Source of the DNA: a virus
IMG/VR virus record: IMGVR_UViG_3300045284_000330
Span: 10,157 to 74,156 of that record
Length of the DNA stretch: 64,000 nucleotides
Reading direction: 5' to 3' (one strand)
Program-made: the position numbers and the translations under genes
The notes under the pieces: generated by a model
What the model saw: only the letters and a program-made list of their open reading frames with translations
Databases searched by the model: none
What the model was told of the DNA's origin: nothing
Shown: positions 56,814 to 64,000 of the stretch, piece after piece
How positions within the stretch are numbered: position 1 is the first letter of the stretch
How the letters are laid out: each line of letters begins with the position of its first letter

Positions 56814-59800
56814 AGCGCAACAATCCTTCCGGGGCTGGAGAGGCGGCGGACAAGTCGATCGTCATCGGTATCTGCAACTTTGTCGTCTGCACGACGTATG
56901 AATTGGCGAATGGGCCGTTGGTGACCGGCTTCAACGTCAACTCGTACCACAAACCCTCGCCCTGCATGATACTCTTGAAGATCATTGTCTGGATTTGGGT
57001 CTGAAGCTGTATCAACGGATTGGGAGGATTGGTGATGGTCCAGTTGCCGGCGTAAGTCCTTTGCGCCTGCGCGACGGCCTCCGTGACGACTTCATTGATC
57101 TGCAAATTGTAGATTGCAAGGTTGTTTTTATTCAGCGTCGAAGGAATCCCATGCCATTGATTGGCGAGGATCACCTCGCTGGGGCCCAGCGGAAATCCGA
57201 GGCCATCATCGTTGGCGTGGCCGAATGGCGGCGTGTAGCCGATTTCATTGCCAGCAACATCTTCGATCGTCGGCGTCCAGTACGAGTCGAGCGCTGGGCA
57301 GGTTTCTGGCGGAAGCGTTGGCGGGACAGACGGGACATCGAACGGCGGCACTTCGAACGATGCCCCCTGAACCGGAAGTGTGTCAGGAGGCGCTCCGCTC
57401 ACGCTGCTGTAATACTTCTGGTAGCCGCGCTGCACGTAACCTTCGTTCGCATAGGATGGCGTACCGGAGTCAGTCGCTACCCCCCTGGTCACCTTCCTGC
57501 TCCCAGAGCTTGGCACAATGCCAAGGCACGGATTGAACGCCATGAAAGACGTGAGCCAGCCCTTGCCGCTTTGCCCACCATGCGCTGCGTTGGTAAACGT
57601 CGATCCGCTCCCGCCAGCGGTTGGATTCTGCCGCCATTCGGTAGTCCACGCGCCTGTCTCGCCTTCGTTGATCAAACCAGGCTTGAAGTTGGTGCCGTTG
57701 GTCGTTCCACCGAGGGTGCTCAGGCCTCCGGATTCGTTCACGGCAACCGTGACTCCCCAGATCAAAGCTCCATCGGCGGGGACATCCGCGCTACCAGAAT
57801 TGATGGCGTCGTTTGCGCTTCCAGGGCTCCTCTGGGCAAGGCTGTGCGCGGCAATCCAACCGTTGAGGTCTTTTCCACTCAAAGCCAACCCGGTGCTGGC
57901 GTCGAACTCCTCGATGATCAGCACCATGTTGGTATGGGCATGGGGGAAATTCAGGGTGAACTGCAGCGGGCCGCTCTCGATATTTGTCCCATAAAAGGTC
58001 CATAGAACGTATTTGCTCCCCGCGGAGTCATAAACTAGATCAGCAGGATTGTAGTGGCCGCCGCCGTTGTCGGTGACAGTGGGGGTCTCCTTGGTCGGAT
58101 CGGCTCCCTGCGCCCCCACGGCCATGCAAATGAGACTCTCCTTCGACACTGGGTTTTGCAGCGTGACGTGGACGCTGCTCACCGAAACCGGACCGGAGAG
58201 AAAAGCTCCACCCTGGACCAGACGAAACGGCAAAGGCTGCGGCGTCGGCGAGGGCTGCCCGGCCCTCTCGTTGCCGATGCTGCATCCCAGGGTGACGTTG
58301 CCTTTCACCTCGCCCGTATCGCCATGGACCTCCAACTTGTAGCCAATCACTTTGCCCTGCACGGTACCGCCCGGTAACCGGGCGTCGTTGACGTTTCCGC
58401 TCATTCGACAGGAGAGCTGGGCCGCCACCTCGAAGCGAGTATCGAACGAGACCTCAACGGCACGCGCCCGCTTCCGCAGCTTGGCCCGGGCCCGGCATAT
58501 CATATTCTCGATGGACTGTTTGCCGCGATCGGATGGAAAGTAGGTCGCATGTGGGGTATACCCAGGCCAGCCACCGACCGGCACCTTTGCCAAGCCGATG
58601 CATTGCCAGATCACCGAGCCGTCGCCCGTCTGTGCGCCCTTGGCCTCTGCAAACGTCGGGTGAAATTCACCCGTCTGCCCTGCCCTGATGCAGATGTACT
58701 GGTAGGACCCAACCGGATTTTGGAACGTACGGAATTGCGCTGCTGGTGCCTCGCTGAGGCCTCCGACCATGCCCGCCACTATGCATTCTTTGATCGTGTC
58801 ACCAGGCCCGCCCCAGTTCATGCAGTACATGGAATGCTTTGCCACAGCGACGCCAGATGGCGGAAAGCTGAGGCTTCCTGGCGCCAACAAAGCCTCCCAA
58901 TTCGGGATACCGGAAACAGGCTTCGGGCAGATAATCGTGCCGAGGCCCACGTTCGCCATCCGCACCTGATCCTGCGCTTGCTCCGTCGGAGGCGTATCCC
59001 CCAGGCTGGCCCAGACCACGGTGCCGTCCGTCGTGGTATGGCCAGCAATATTCGAAAACACCGGCTCCACCATTCCGGTGTTGCCAGCCGTGAGGCACAC
59101 CTGCGAGGAGGTCTGCCCAGGCACCAGAGGATTGTCAGGATAGATGAATGTGCCGACGTCGACGAACCGGCCCATTCCCACAGTATCCCAGTTTTCCAAG
59201 GCAATGAGCGGAAGCGACAAATCTCCGCTCTTGAGCGTGATCGTCTCGGTGTCCTCGGTCACCAGCGGATCGATCAAGATCGGCTGAATCTCAGCCTGGA
59301 CGGTCATCTCCGCCCGCTCGGACCGTTTGCGATCCGCGTTGTAGACGAGGCTGATTACCGCAAGCGACTGCTTGCCAGCAAAGTCGAGCGCGAAAGCCTC
59401 ATAGCAAAAATACTGCACCGAGGACACCGCGGGGATGTTGACGGGCGCCGGGTCGCCGTGGAAGTCCACCGCAAACTCATCAATGAAGCCGTTTTGATGA
59501 AATTCTTTCAGAACAACAGAGTTGCCGAATGGTGGCGTGTAGCTGATCTCGATCGACATCGTGTCGCCGGTAATGTGCTGCTTTTCGCCGTTCTGCCAAT
59601 GAAACTGATAGCTCGGCTGCGCTGGCTTCATGGGGAATATCAGAGGGTCTCTCTCGCCAGCCCACGAAACCCCGGCATACCAGCCACCACCGATCGAGCT
59701 GCCGCTCTTGGGCCAGTCACCAACGAAGGCGTCAGATCCCAACGTTGGGAACGCCCATTTCCCCAGCTCTCCACCCGGCGGGAGCGCTCCCTTGAACTGC

Positions 59801-60462
59801 TGATTCCAATTCACCTCAGCCTTGACGTTCACCGCGACCAATGGCGACTGGAGCAATTTGCATTGAACGCTGTCGTAGAATACCTCGCTGTCGGCGAACC
59901 AGAGAATCCCATCCTCGCCGGTCAGAATGTCGCTTGCGGTGACCTGGCCGCTGACACGATCGACATGATAGAGAAGCGACCAGCCCTCCAGGATCGCGTC
60001 CGGGTCATCGCGCTTCAAAACCTCTACGAATATCGGATCGTAATTCGGCGGCTTCTTCAGCGTCTCCGCCACCTGTTGTTTCTGATAGATATAATCGGTA
60101 TCCCGCGCTATCAGCTTCATCTTCACGGTGTTGGATTCAATCCGCTCAGGCACGCCAACCAGGCGGCCGAAGAACAACGGCTGCGGTTGGCAAGCATCGT
60201 ACCCAAACGAGATCCACGCCCAATAGAGCCGCCCTGGCGAAATGAAGCCGATCCTCGGATTCTTGATCTCAATCGTGGCTGTCGGGATTTGACCTTCATC
60301 ATGCTCTATGGTCAGATCGAAGATGTTCTCGTCGAAGCGGGCGAGCGACAGATCCCACGGTGTGCCCTGCGCAACCCACGCGAAATAGAATGTATATTCA
60401 CGGCCCTCGATCAAAACTAGATTTCCTCTAACGCGACTTGCCAGTCGTTGATCGCAGCCCAC
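56800..60462 (-). CDS. Large tail tip/baseplate hub protein (true start probably TTG near 60414)
   Basis: FYFAWV...I.H.EGQ...PLFFGRLVG.P; T.DG.V.W repeats; follows the distal-tail-like gene. Confidence 0.7.
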   Translation of the reverse strand: MGCDQRLASRVRGNLVLIEGREYTFYFAWVAQGTPWDLSLARFDENIFDLTIEHDEGQIPTATIEIKNPRIGFISPGRLYWAWISFGYDACQPQPLFFGRLVGVPERIESNTVKMKLIARDTDYIYQKQQVAETLKKPPNYDPIFVEVLKRDDPDAILEGWSLLYHVDRVSGQVTASDILTGEDGILWFADSEVFYDSVQCKLLQSPLVAVNVKAEVNWNQQFKGALPPGGELGKWAFPTLGSDAFVGDWPKSGSSIGGGWYAGVSWAGERDPLIFPMKPAQPSYQFHWQNGEKQHITGDTMSIEISYTPPFGNSVVLKEFHQNGFIDEFAVDFHGDPAPVNIPAVSSVQYFCYEAFALDFAGKQSLAVISLVYNADRKRSERAEMTVQAEIQPILIDPLVTEDTETITLKSGDLSLPLIALENWDTVGMGRFVDVGTFIYPDNPLVPGQTSSQVCLTAGNTGMVEPVFSNIAGHTTTDGTVVWASLGDTPPTEQAQDQVRMANVGLGTIICPKPVSGIPNWEALLAPGSLSFPPSGVAVAKHSMYCMNWGGPGDTIKECIVAGMVGGLSEAPAAQFRTFQNPVGSYQYICIRAGQTGEFHPTFAEAKGAQTGDGSVIWQCIGLAKVPVGGWPGYTPHATYFPSDRGKQSIENMICRARAKLRKRARAVEVSFDTRFEVAAQLSCRMSGNVNDARLPGGTVQGKVIGYKLEVHGDTGEVKGNVTLGCSIGNERAGQPSPTPQPLPFRLVQGGAFLSGPVSVSSVHVTLQNPVSKESLICMAVGAQGADPTKETPTVTDNGGGHYNPADLVYDSAGSKYVLWTFYGTNIESGPLQFTLNFPHAHTNMVLIIEEFDASTGLALSGKDLNGWIAAHSLAQRSPGSANDAINSGSADVPADGALIWGVTVAVNESGGLSTLGGTTNGTNFKPGLINEGETGAWTTEWRQNPTAGGSGSTFTNAAHGGQSGKGWLTSFMAFNPCLGIVPSSGSRKVTRGVATDSGTPSYANEGYVQRGYQKYYSSVSGAPPDTLPVQGASFEVPPFDVPSVPPTLPPETCPALDSYWTPTIEDVAGNEIGYTPPFGHANDDGLGFPLGPSEVILANQWHGIPSTLNKNNLAIYNLQINEVVTEAVAQAQRTYAGNWTITNPPNPLIQLQTQIQTMIFKSIMQGEGLWYELTLKPVTNGPFANSYVVQTTKLQIPMTIDLSAASPAPEGLLRYARD

Positions 60463-60890
60463 TCTGCAAAACTATTCTTGATCTCGGTGACCATCATCAG
60501 GAGGATTGGTCTATAAAAAGTCACATCCCCTTCCGTCCGCACCGATCCTGGCACCACCGGCCGAGCTGGCACCGCGCCAAGAAGATAACTGAACTCAAAC
60601 GCGCAACTGACCTCGGCGACATGGCCAATCCACGCGTCGTCGAGGCAAGGGGCCGCGCCATCCCGACAGGTGATGGTGGATTTGTATTTACGAAAGCGTG
60701 TGTCGGCGAGGCTGCGCAGGGTGCCATTCACGTCTCGTCTTAACCAGTTTCCGCCACCTCCGCCCGTTCCCGTAATCGGCTCGTATGTCTGCGTGAGCCC
60801 GCGCGCCGAGTACGGCGAGAGCTGCAAGCCGGTATCGCCCGACAATGGCGTTAAAACCAGCAGCGTGCCTTCAGGGAGCCACAACATCAC
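60417..60890 (-). CDS. Distal tail-like protein
   Basis: PYSARGLTQT..PI...RRDVNG.L..L....FRKY.S.I.C.D...W...LEEI; directly after the TMP-like gene. Confidence 0.65.
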   Translation of the reverse strand: MMLWLPEGTLLVLTPLSGDTGLQLSPYSARGLTQTYEPITGTGGGGGNWLRRDVNGTLRSLADTRFRKYKSTITCRDGAAPCLDDAWIGHVAEVSCAFEFSYLLGAVPARPVVPGSVRTEGDVTFYRPILLMMVTEIKNSFAEWAAINDWQVALEEI

Positions 60891-63800
60891 GAGAACCAGC
60901 TCGGTCTCTCGCCGGTGCGCGAGAGCTTACCAGCAAGAGCGGAAGATCGAAGCGCCTCCATCGTGTCCTGGGCCACAGATACCCGGAAATTCCCCTTGTC
61001 CGTTCGGAGATCGAGCTGGTGGTAGCTGGAATTGTCTTTGCCTCCGGCGCCGGAGGCGGATACTCGCCCGCCATCGGAATACCCGCGAATGCTGTCGGCA
61101 AAGGCACCCACTATGCCACCGGTCGCAAAGTTTTTTGTGAAATGGTCGATCGCCTCGTGCAGATTGCTGCCGTCTGCGCGAACGATGTACTCGCCCTTCG
61201 AGACCCAGGCGAGATTGCTGTCGCTGGTGCCGCTGCCGTGGCCGCCGATGATGCCGCCGCCCTCCGCGAACCCGGATATTTGGCCGCGCACCTTTGCCGC
61301 AGCGGCTTGAAAGATTTCTTCGGTTACTGGAATGCACGGCCTCGGCGCAATCGGCTTCCAATCGCCGGTAGATAAATTTCGCTCATACGTTACACCTTGC
61401 TGTCCCGTCCCCGGCATGCAGGGACCGCCGCGGTCCTCTCCAAAGTGCTGCGCTTTGGCCCGAGCAGCCAATCCCGGGTCGCTCGTGATGAGGCCGGGGC
61501 TGCGGGAGAGGTCTTTGAATGGTTCCCCTGTCGGTCCGCTGGGCGGCGGGTATTTGAGAGGTGTGCTCAAATCCTTCTTCGTCGGATCAGGAGACGGAGG
61601 CTGCGTCGTCGGCGGCTTAACAACCATGGGACCACCGGGGCCACCATGCTGGCCCGCAGGCGGCCCGCCGGCCCCGGGCGGCGTGATTATATTCGCCGCC
61701 AAAGAAATCTGCTTCTCTTGCAGTTCTTGCTGTCGCCGCCGTTCCTGCTGCTCACGCTGCCGCTTTAGCTCGCCATCATCGTCGCCAACGAGGCCGCCGA
61801 CGGCATACTGCGGAGCTTCATTCTCCTTAACGATCTGTTTCCATTCCTTCACATCCATCGTCTCCCAGGGCGGTGTTTTTTTCCGCTCTTCTGGAGACAT
61901 CAGCGACCGCTTAGCTACGTTGCGTGACTCGACCTCACCGGCGAGCTTCCTGTACATCTCAATCGCTTTGTCAGGATCACCGCCGGCTTCCTTCAAAAAC
62001 TGACCGGGCCCGCCACCACTGGCGAACAACTCTTTGTCTTGAATGGTGTGCTGCAATTCGTGGAGCATAACCTGCCGAGGGGATTCGGGCTGCTCCTCAG
62101 CCGGGAGAGGCTTACCGTCAGGCCCAAGCATTTTCCTCTCAACGGGGTTCACCTCTAATCGCTTGGTGTCGGGGTCATACGACCCCAACTTACCCGACCC
62201 CGTATCGGTGAGCCTGATAGCCGAGGTTTCCTTGAAAATACCAGGATAAGCTTTTTGAAATTCAGGGTGTTTAACGGCCGCTCCCAATGGAACCGGTAAT
62301 GCTGGACTTAGAGCCTTGGGGTCAAGCTTCATTTTCTCGTCTGGAATTTCGTATCTCCAGGCACCGTCAACGCCCTTAAACCAGCCGGTCTTATTCCAGA
62401 TTTGATCGTCCGCCACACCGCTCTTGGACATGGACTTGGCTTGAGCCAAAGCCTTCTTGTCGGCGGTCGCAGAGTGCTCCCCGCCGAACAACACCTGCTT
62501 TGGCTTGGTGCTGTCGTCGTCGTCGTCGCCGAATTTGACGAGGCCGCCGGCGGCAAACTGCGGAATGTCGTCTTCTTTATAGATCGGCAAATCCTCGGCA
62601 GGGAGATAGGGGTCCCCTGTCTGAACTCCCTTTTTATCGATCGTGAATTCTTTGCCGTCCGGCGTCTGATATTTCATCGAGCCGTCAGGCTGCCTGGTCA
62701 CCTTCGTGTCTTTTGGCAAAAATCCGCCACCACCATGAGGGAAAGGAAAGAAACCCTCTCCCTTTCTCACCCTGCTGGTGTCGATCACCAAGTCACGTCG
62801 GAGAAGCTTCCCGCCGGCACCGTAGATCCCGACCCAGGTCTTCCCTTCTGGCGCGGGATAGGGTTCAGCCCCCTTCTCAAGTGGCGTCCCGCCGTATGGT
62901 TCGCGCGGAAGCCGCCCCCACACTTCGTTCGCAATGTCCTGCTGCTCTTGCAGGCGCTTCCTCTCGGCATCGTCGATCCCATCCACCGGCGCCAGCGCCT
63001 TCGTCTGATTGTCGGTCGGCGCCCGCTCCTTCGAAGGTGGCGTCGTAAACGCGGGTGGGGGGTTTTTCGTCGTGTCGATGTCGAGCGGCGTCCCCTGTGG
63101 AGGCCGAGGACGTGGCATTGGCACCACCGGAGGCGGCGCCGATGGCGGCTCACCGTGCGGCATTTCAAGTTGCTTCAGCCACCAGGGCAGATCGCGCTTT
63201 GGACCACCGCCGGGCACTGGCTGGCCGGGCCCGCCGGGCCCCCCTGAGCCTGGCTCTCCGGTTTTGGGCGGTTCGGGCTTGGGCGGTTCGGTCTTCTCGG
63301 GCGGCGTAGTGCCGCCACCGCCGCCGCCGCCGGGAGTGCCACCTGCGCCGCCACCGCCGGGAGCGCCACCACCGCCACCGCCACCGCCGCCGGGGGCTTG
63401 CTGCTCCTTCTGCCGCTCCTGCTCGATCTCCTTCTCGCGACGTTGCCGTTCCTGCTCCCTCTTCGAATTTAGTCCACCGCCTTTCTGCTCCTCCTCACGC
63501 TCCTTCTTCATCCGCTCTTCGTTCTCTTTGCGCCGTTGCTCCGGCGTCTTCTCCGACTCTGGAACACGTTGCGGCTTCACCGGCTCAAGTGTCGGGGGCA
63601 GCGGCACCTCCGGCCCTTCCGGCTTAGGCGGCTCTCCGCGCATCTTTCTCAGATCGTCGGCGCTCGGCAAGCCTGTGCCACCCTGAGCACGCCATTTCTC
63701 CATTTCCTCGTCGCTCGGTGGCGACATGCCGGGCCATCGCTTATTCATTTCATCCGGCGACATCCGGCCAGTCTCGGCGCCCCCGCCCCATTGTGGCTCG

Positions 63801-64000
63801 CCTCCCTGCATTGGCCCTTGGCCTGGCCCCGTCCCTGGCGGCGGCGGAGGCGTCCCTTCTGGCGGCTTGGGCGGCTCCGGCGGCGGCGGCGGTGGCGGCG
63901 GCGGCGGCGGTGGCGGCGGCGGTGGCGGCGGCGGTGGCGGCGGCGGCGGCGGTGGCGGCGGCGGCGGCGGTGGCGGCGGCGGCGGCGGTGGCGGCGGCGG
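60887..64000 (-). CDS. Tape-measure-like protein, C-terminal part, with LPD23 and zincin-like domains; 5' end lies outside the window
   Basis: Frame is open to the edge (poly-Pro); GWFKGVDGAWRYEIPD; HELQHTIQ...YRKLAGEVESRNV; five (F/Y)xxGG motifs; G.GSGTSDS..A.VS.GEY. Confidence 0.7.
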   Translation of the reverse strand, partial: PPPPPPPPPPPPPPPPPPPPPPPPPPPPPPPPPPPPPPPPPEPPKPPEGTPPPPPGTGPGQGPMQGGEPQWGGGAETGRMSPDEMNKRWPGMSPPSDEEMEKWRAQGGTGLPSADDLRKMRGEPPKPEGPEVPLPPTLEPVKPQRVPESEKTPEQRRKENEERMKKEREEEQKGGGLNSKREQERQRREKEIEQERQKEQQAPGGGGGGGGGAPGGGGAGGTPGGGGGGGTTPPEKTEPPKPEPPKTGEPGSGGPGGPGQPVPGGGPKRDLPWWLKQLEMPHGEPPSAPPPVVPMPRPRPPQGTPLDIDTTKNPPPAFTTPPSKERAPTDNQTKALAPVDGIDDAERKRLQEQQDIANEVWGRLPREPYGGTPLEKGAEPYPAPEGKTWVGIYGAGGKLLRRDLVIDTSRVRKGEGFFPFPHGGGGFLPKDTKVTRQPDGSMKYQTPDGKEFTIDKKGVQTGDPYLPAEDLPIYKEDDIPQFAAGGLVKFGDDDDDSTKPKQVLFGGEHSATADKKALAQAKSMSKSGVADDQIWNKTGWFKGVDGAWRYEIPDEKMKLDPKALSPALPVPLGAAVKHPEFQKAYPGIFKETSAIRLTDTGSGKLGSYDPDTKRLEVNPVERKMLGPDGKPLPAEEQPESPRQVMLHELQHTIQDKELFASGGGPGQFLKEAGGDPDKAIEMYRKLAGEVESRNVAKRSLMSPEERKKTPPWETMDVKEWKQIVKENEAPQYAVGGLVGDDDGELKRQREQQERRRQQELQEKQISLAANIITPPGAGGPPAGQHGGPGGPMVVKPPTTQPPSPDPTKKDLSTPLKYPPPSGPTGEPFKDLSRSPGLITSDPGLAARAKAQHFGEDRGGPCMPGTGQQGVTYERNLSTGDWKPIAPRPCIPVTEEIFQAAAAKVRGQISGFAEGGGIIGGHGSGTSDSNLAWVSKGEYIVRADGSNLHEAIDHFTKNFATGGIVGAFADSIRGYSDGGRVSASGAGGKDNSSYHQLDLRTDKGNFRVSVAQDTMEALRSSALAGKLSRTGERPSWFS
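63879..64000. repeat. (GGC/GGT)n low-complexity run, read as poly-proline on the minus strand
   Basis: About 40 consecutive CCG/CCA codons. Confidence 0.85.

Noticed and set aside
34043-60420. Long plus-strand ORFs (for example 35674-37269, 37919-39577, 58549-60420)
   Set aside because: Antisense shadows of well-supported minus-strand genes in GC-rich DNA

Overview
The whole window reads as most of a temperate tailed-phage (Caudoviricetes) genome. It is GC-rich, and its GcrA-, GapR- and DnaA-C-like genes suggest an alphaproteobacterial host. No host housekeeping genes are present, and an intact attP-like site (arm repeats on both sides of a tRNA-Ser(GCT) 5' half) implies the excised form. 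Layout: a head-associated gene running off the left edge; methyltransferases and small membrane/coiled-coil genes (0.6-9.3 kb) with a serine resolvase; terS, a RepA-like helicase, HNH, MT-A70, VRR-NUC, ParB-MTase and GapR-like genes (minus strand, 9-17 kb); a cro/cI switch (17-18.2 kb); an early/recombination operon (YqaJ, RecT, WYL-like, DnaA-C-like, Xis-Int-Xis, attP; 18.3-28 kb); small accessory genes (28-33 kb); and a long minus-strand late region (tape-measure-like protein with LPD23/peptidase, tail genes, glycosyltransferase-methyltransferase, TerL, collagen fibre, lysis genes, portal, head morphogenesis protein). Most notable: (1) a non-coding GGY-NN pentamer array ending in hairpins (20636-20793), whose variable dinucleotides match codon positions 1-2 of a stretch of the neighbouring yqaJ gene at 17 of 18 nt; (2) a 17-bp palindromic operator found 11 times, overlapping the promoters of dispersed small coiled-coil genes; (3) an attP carrying the 5' half of a tRNA plus a replacement promoter; (4) two tandem structured units upstream of the serine recombinase; (5) recurrent gene insertions flanked by duplicated gene ends; (6) a scrambled packaging/head gene order. 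Protein family calls come from motif recognition by eye, not database searches.
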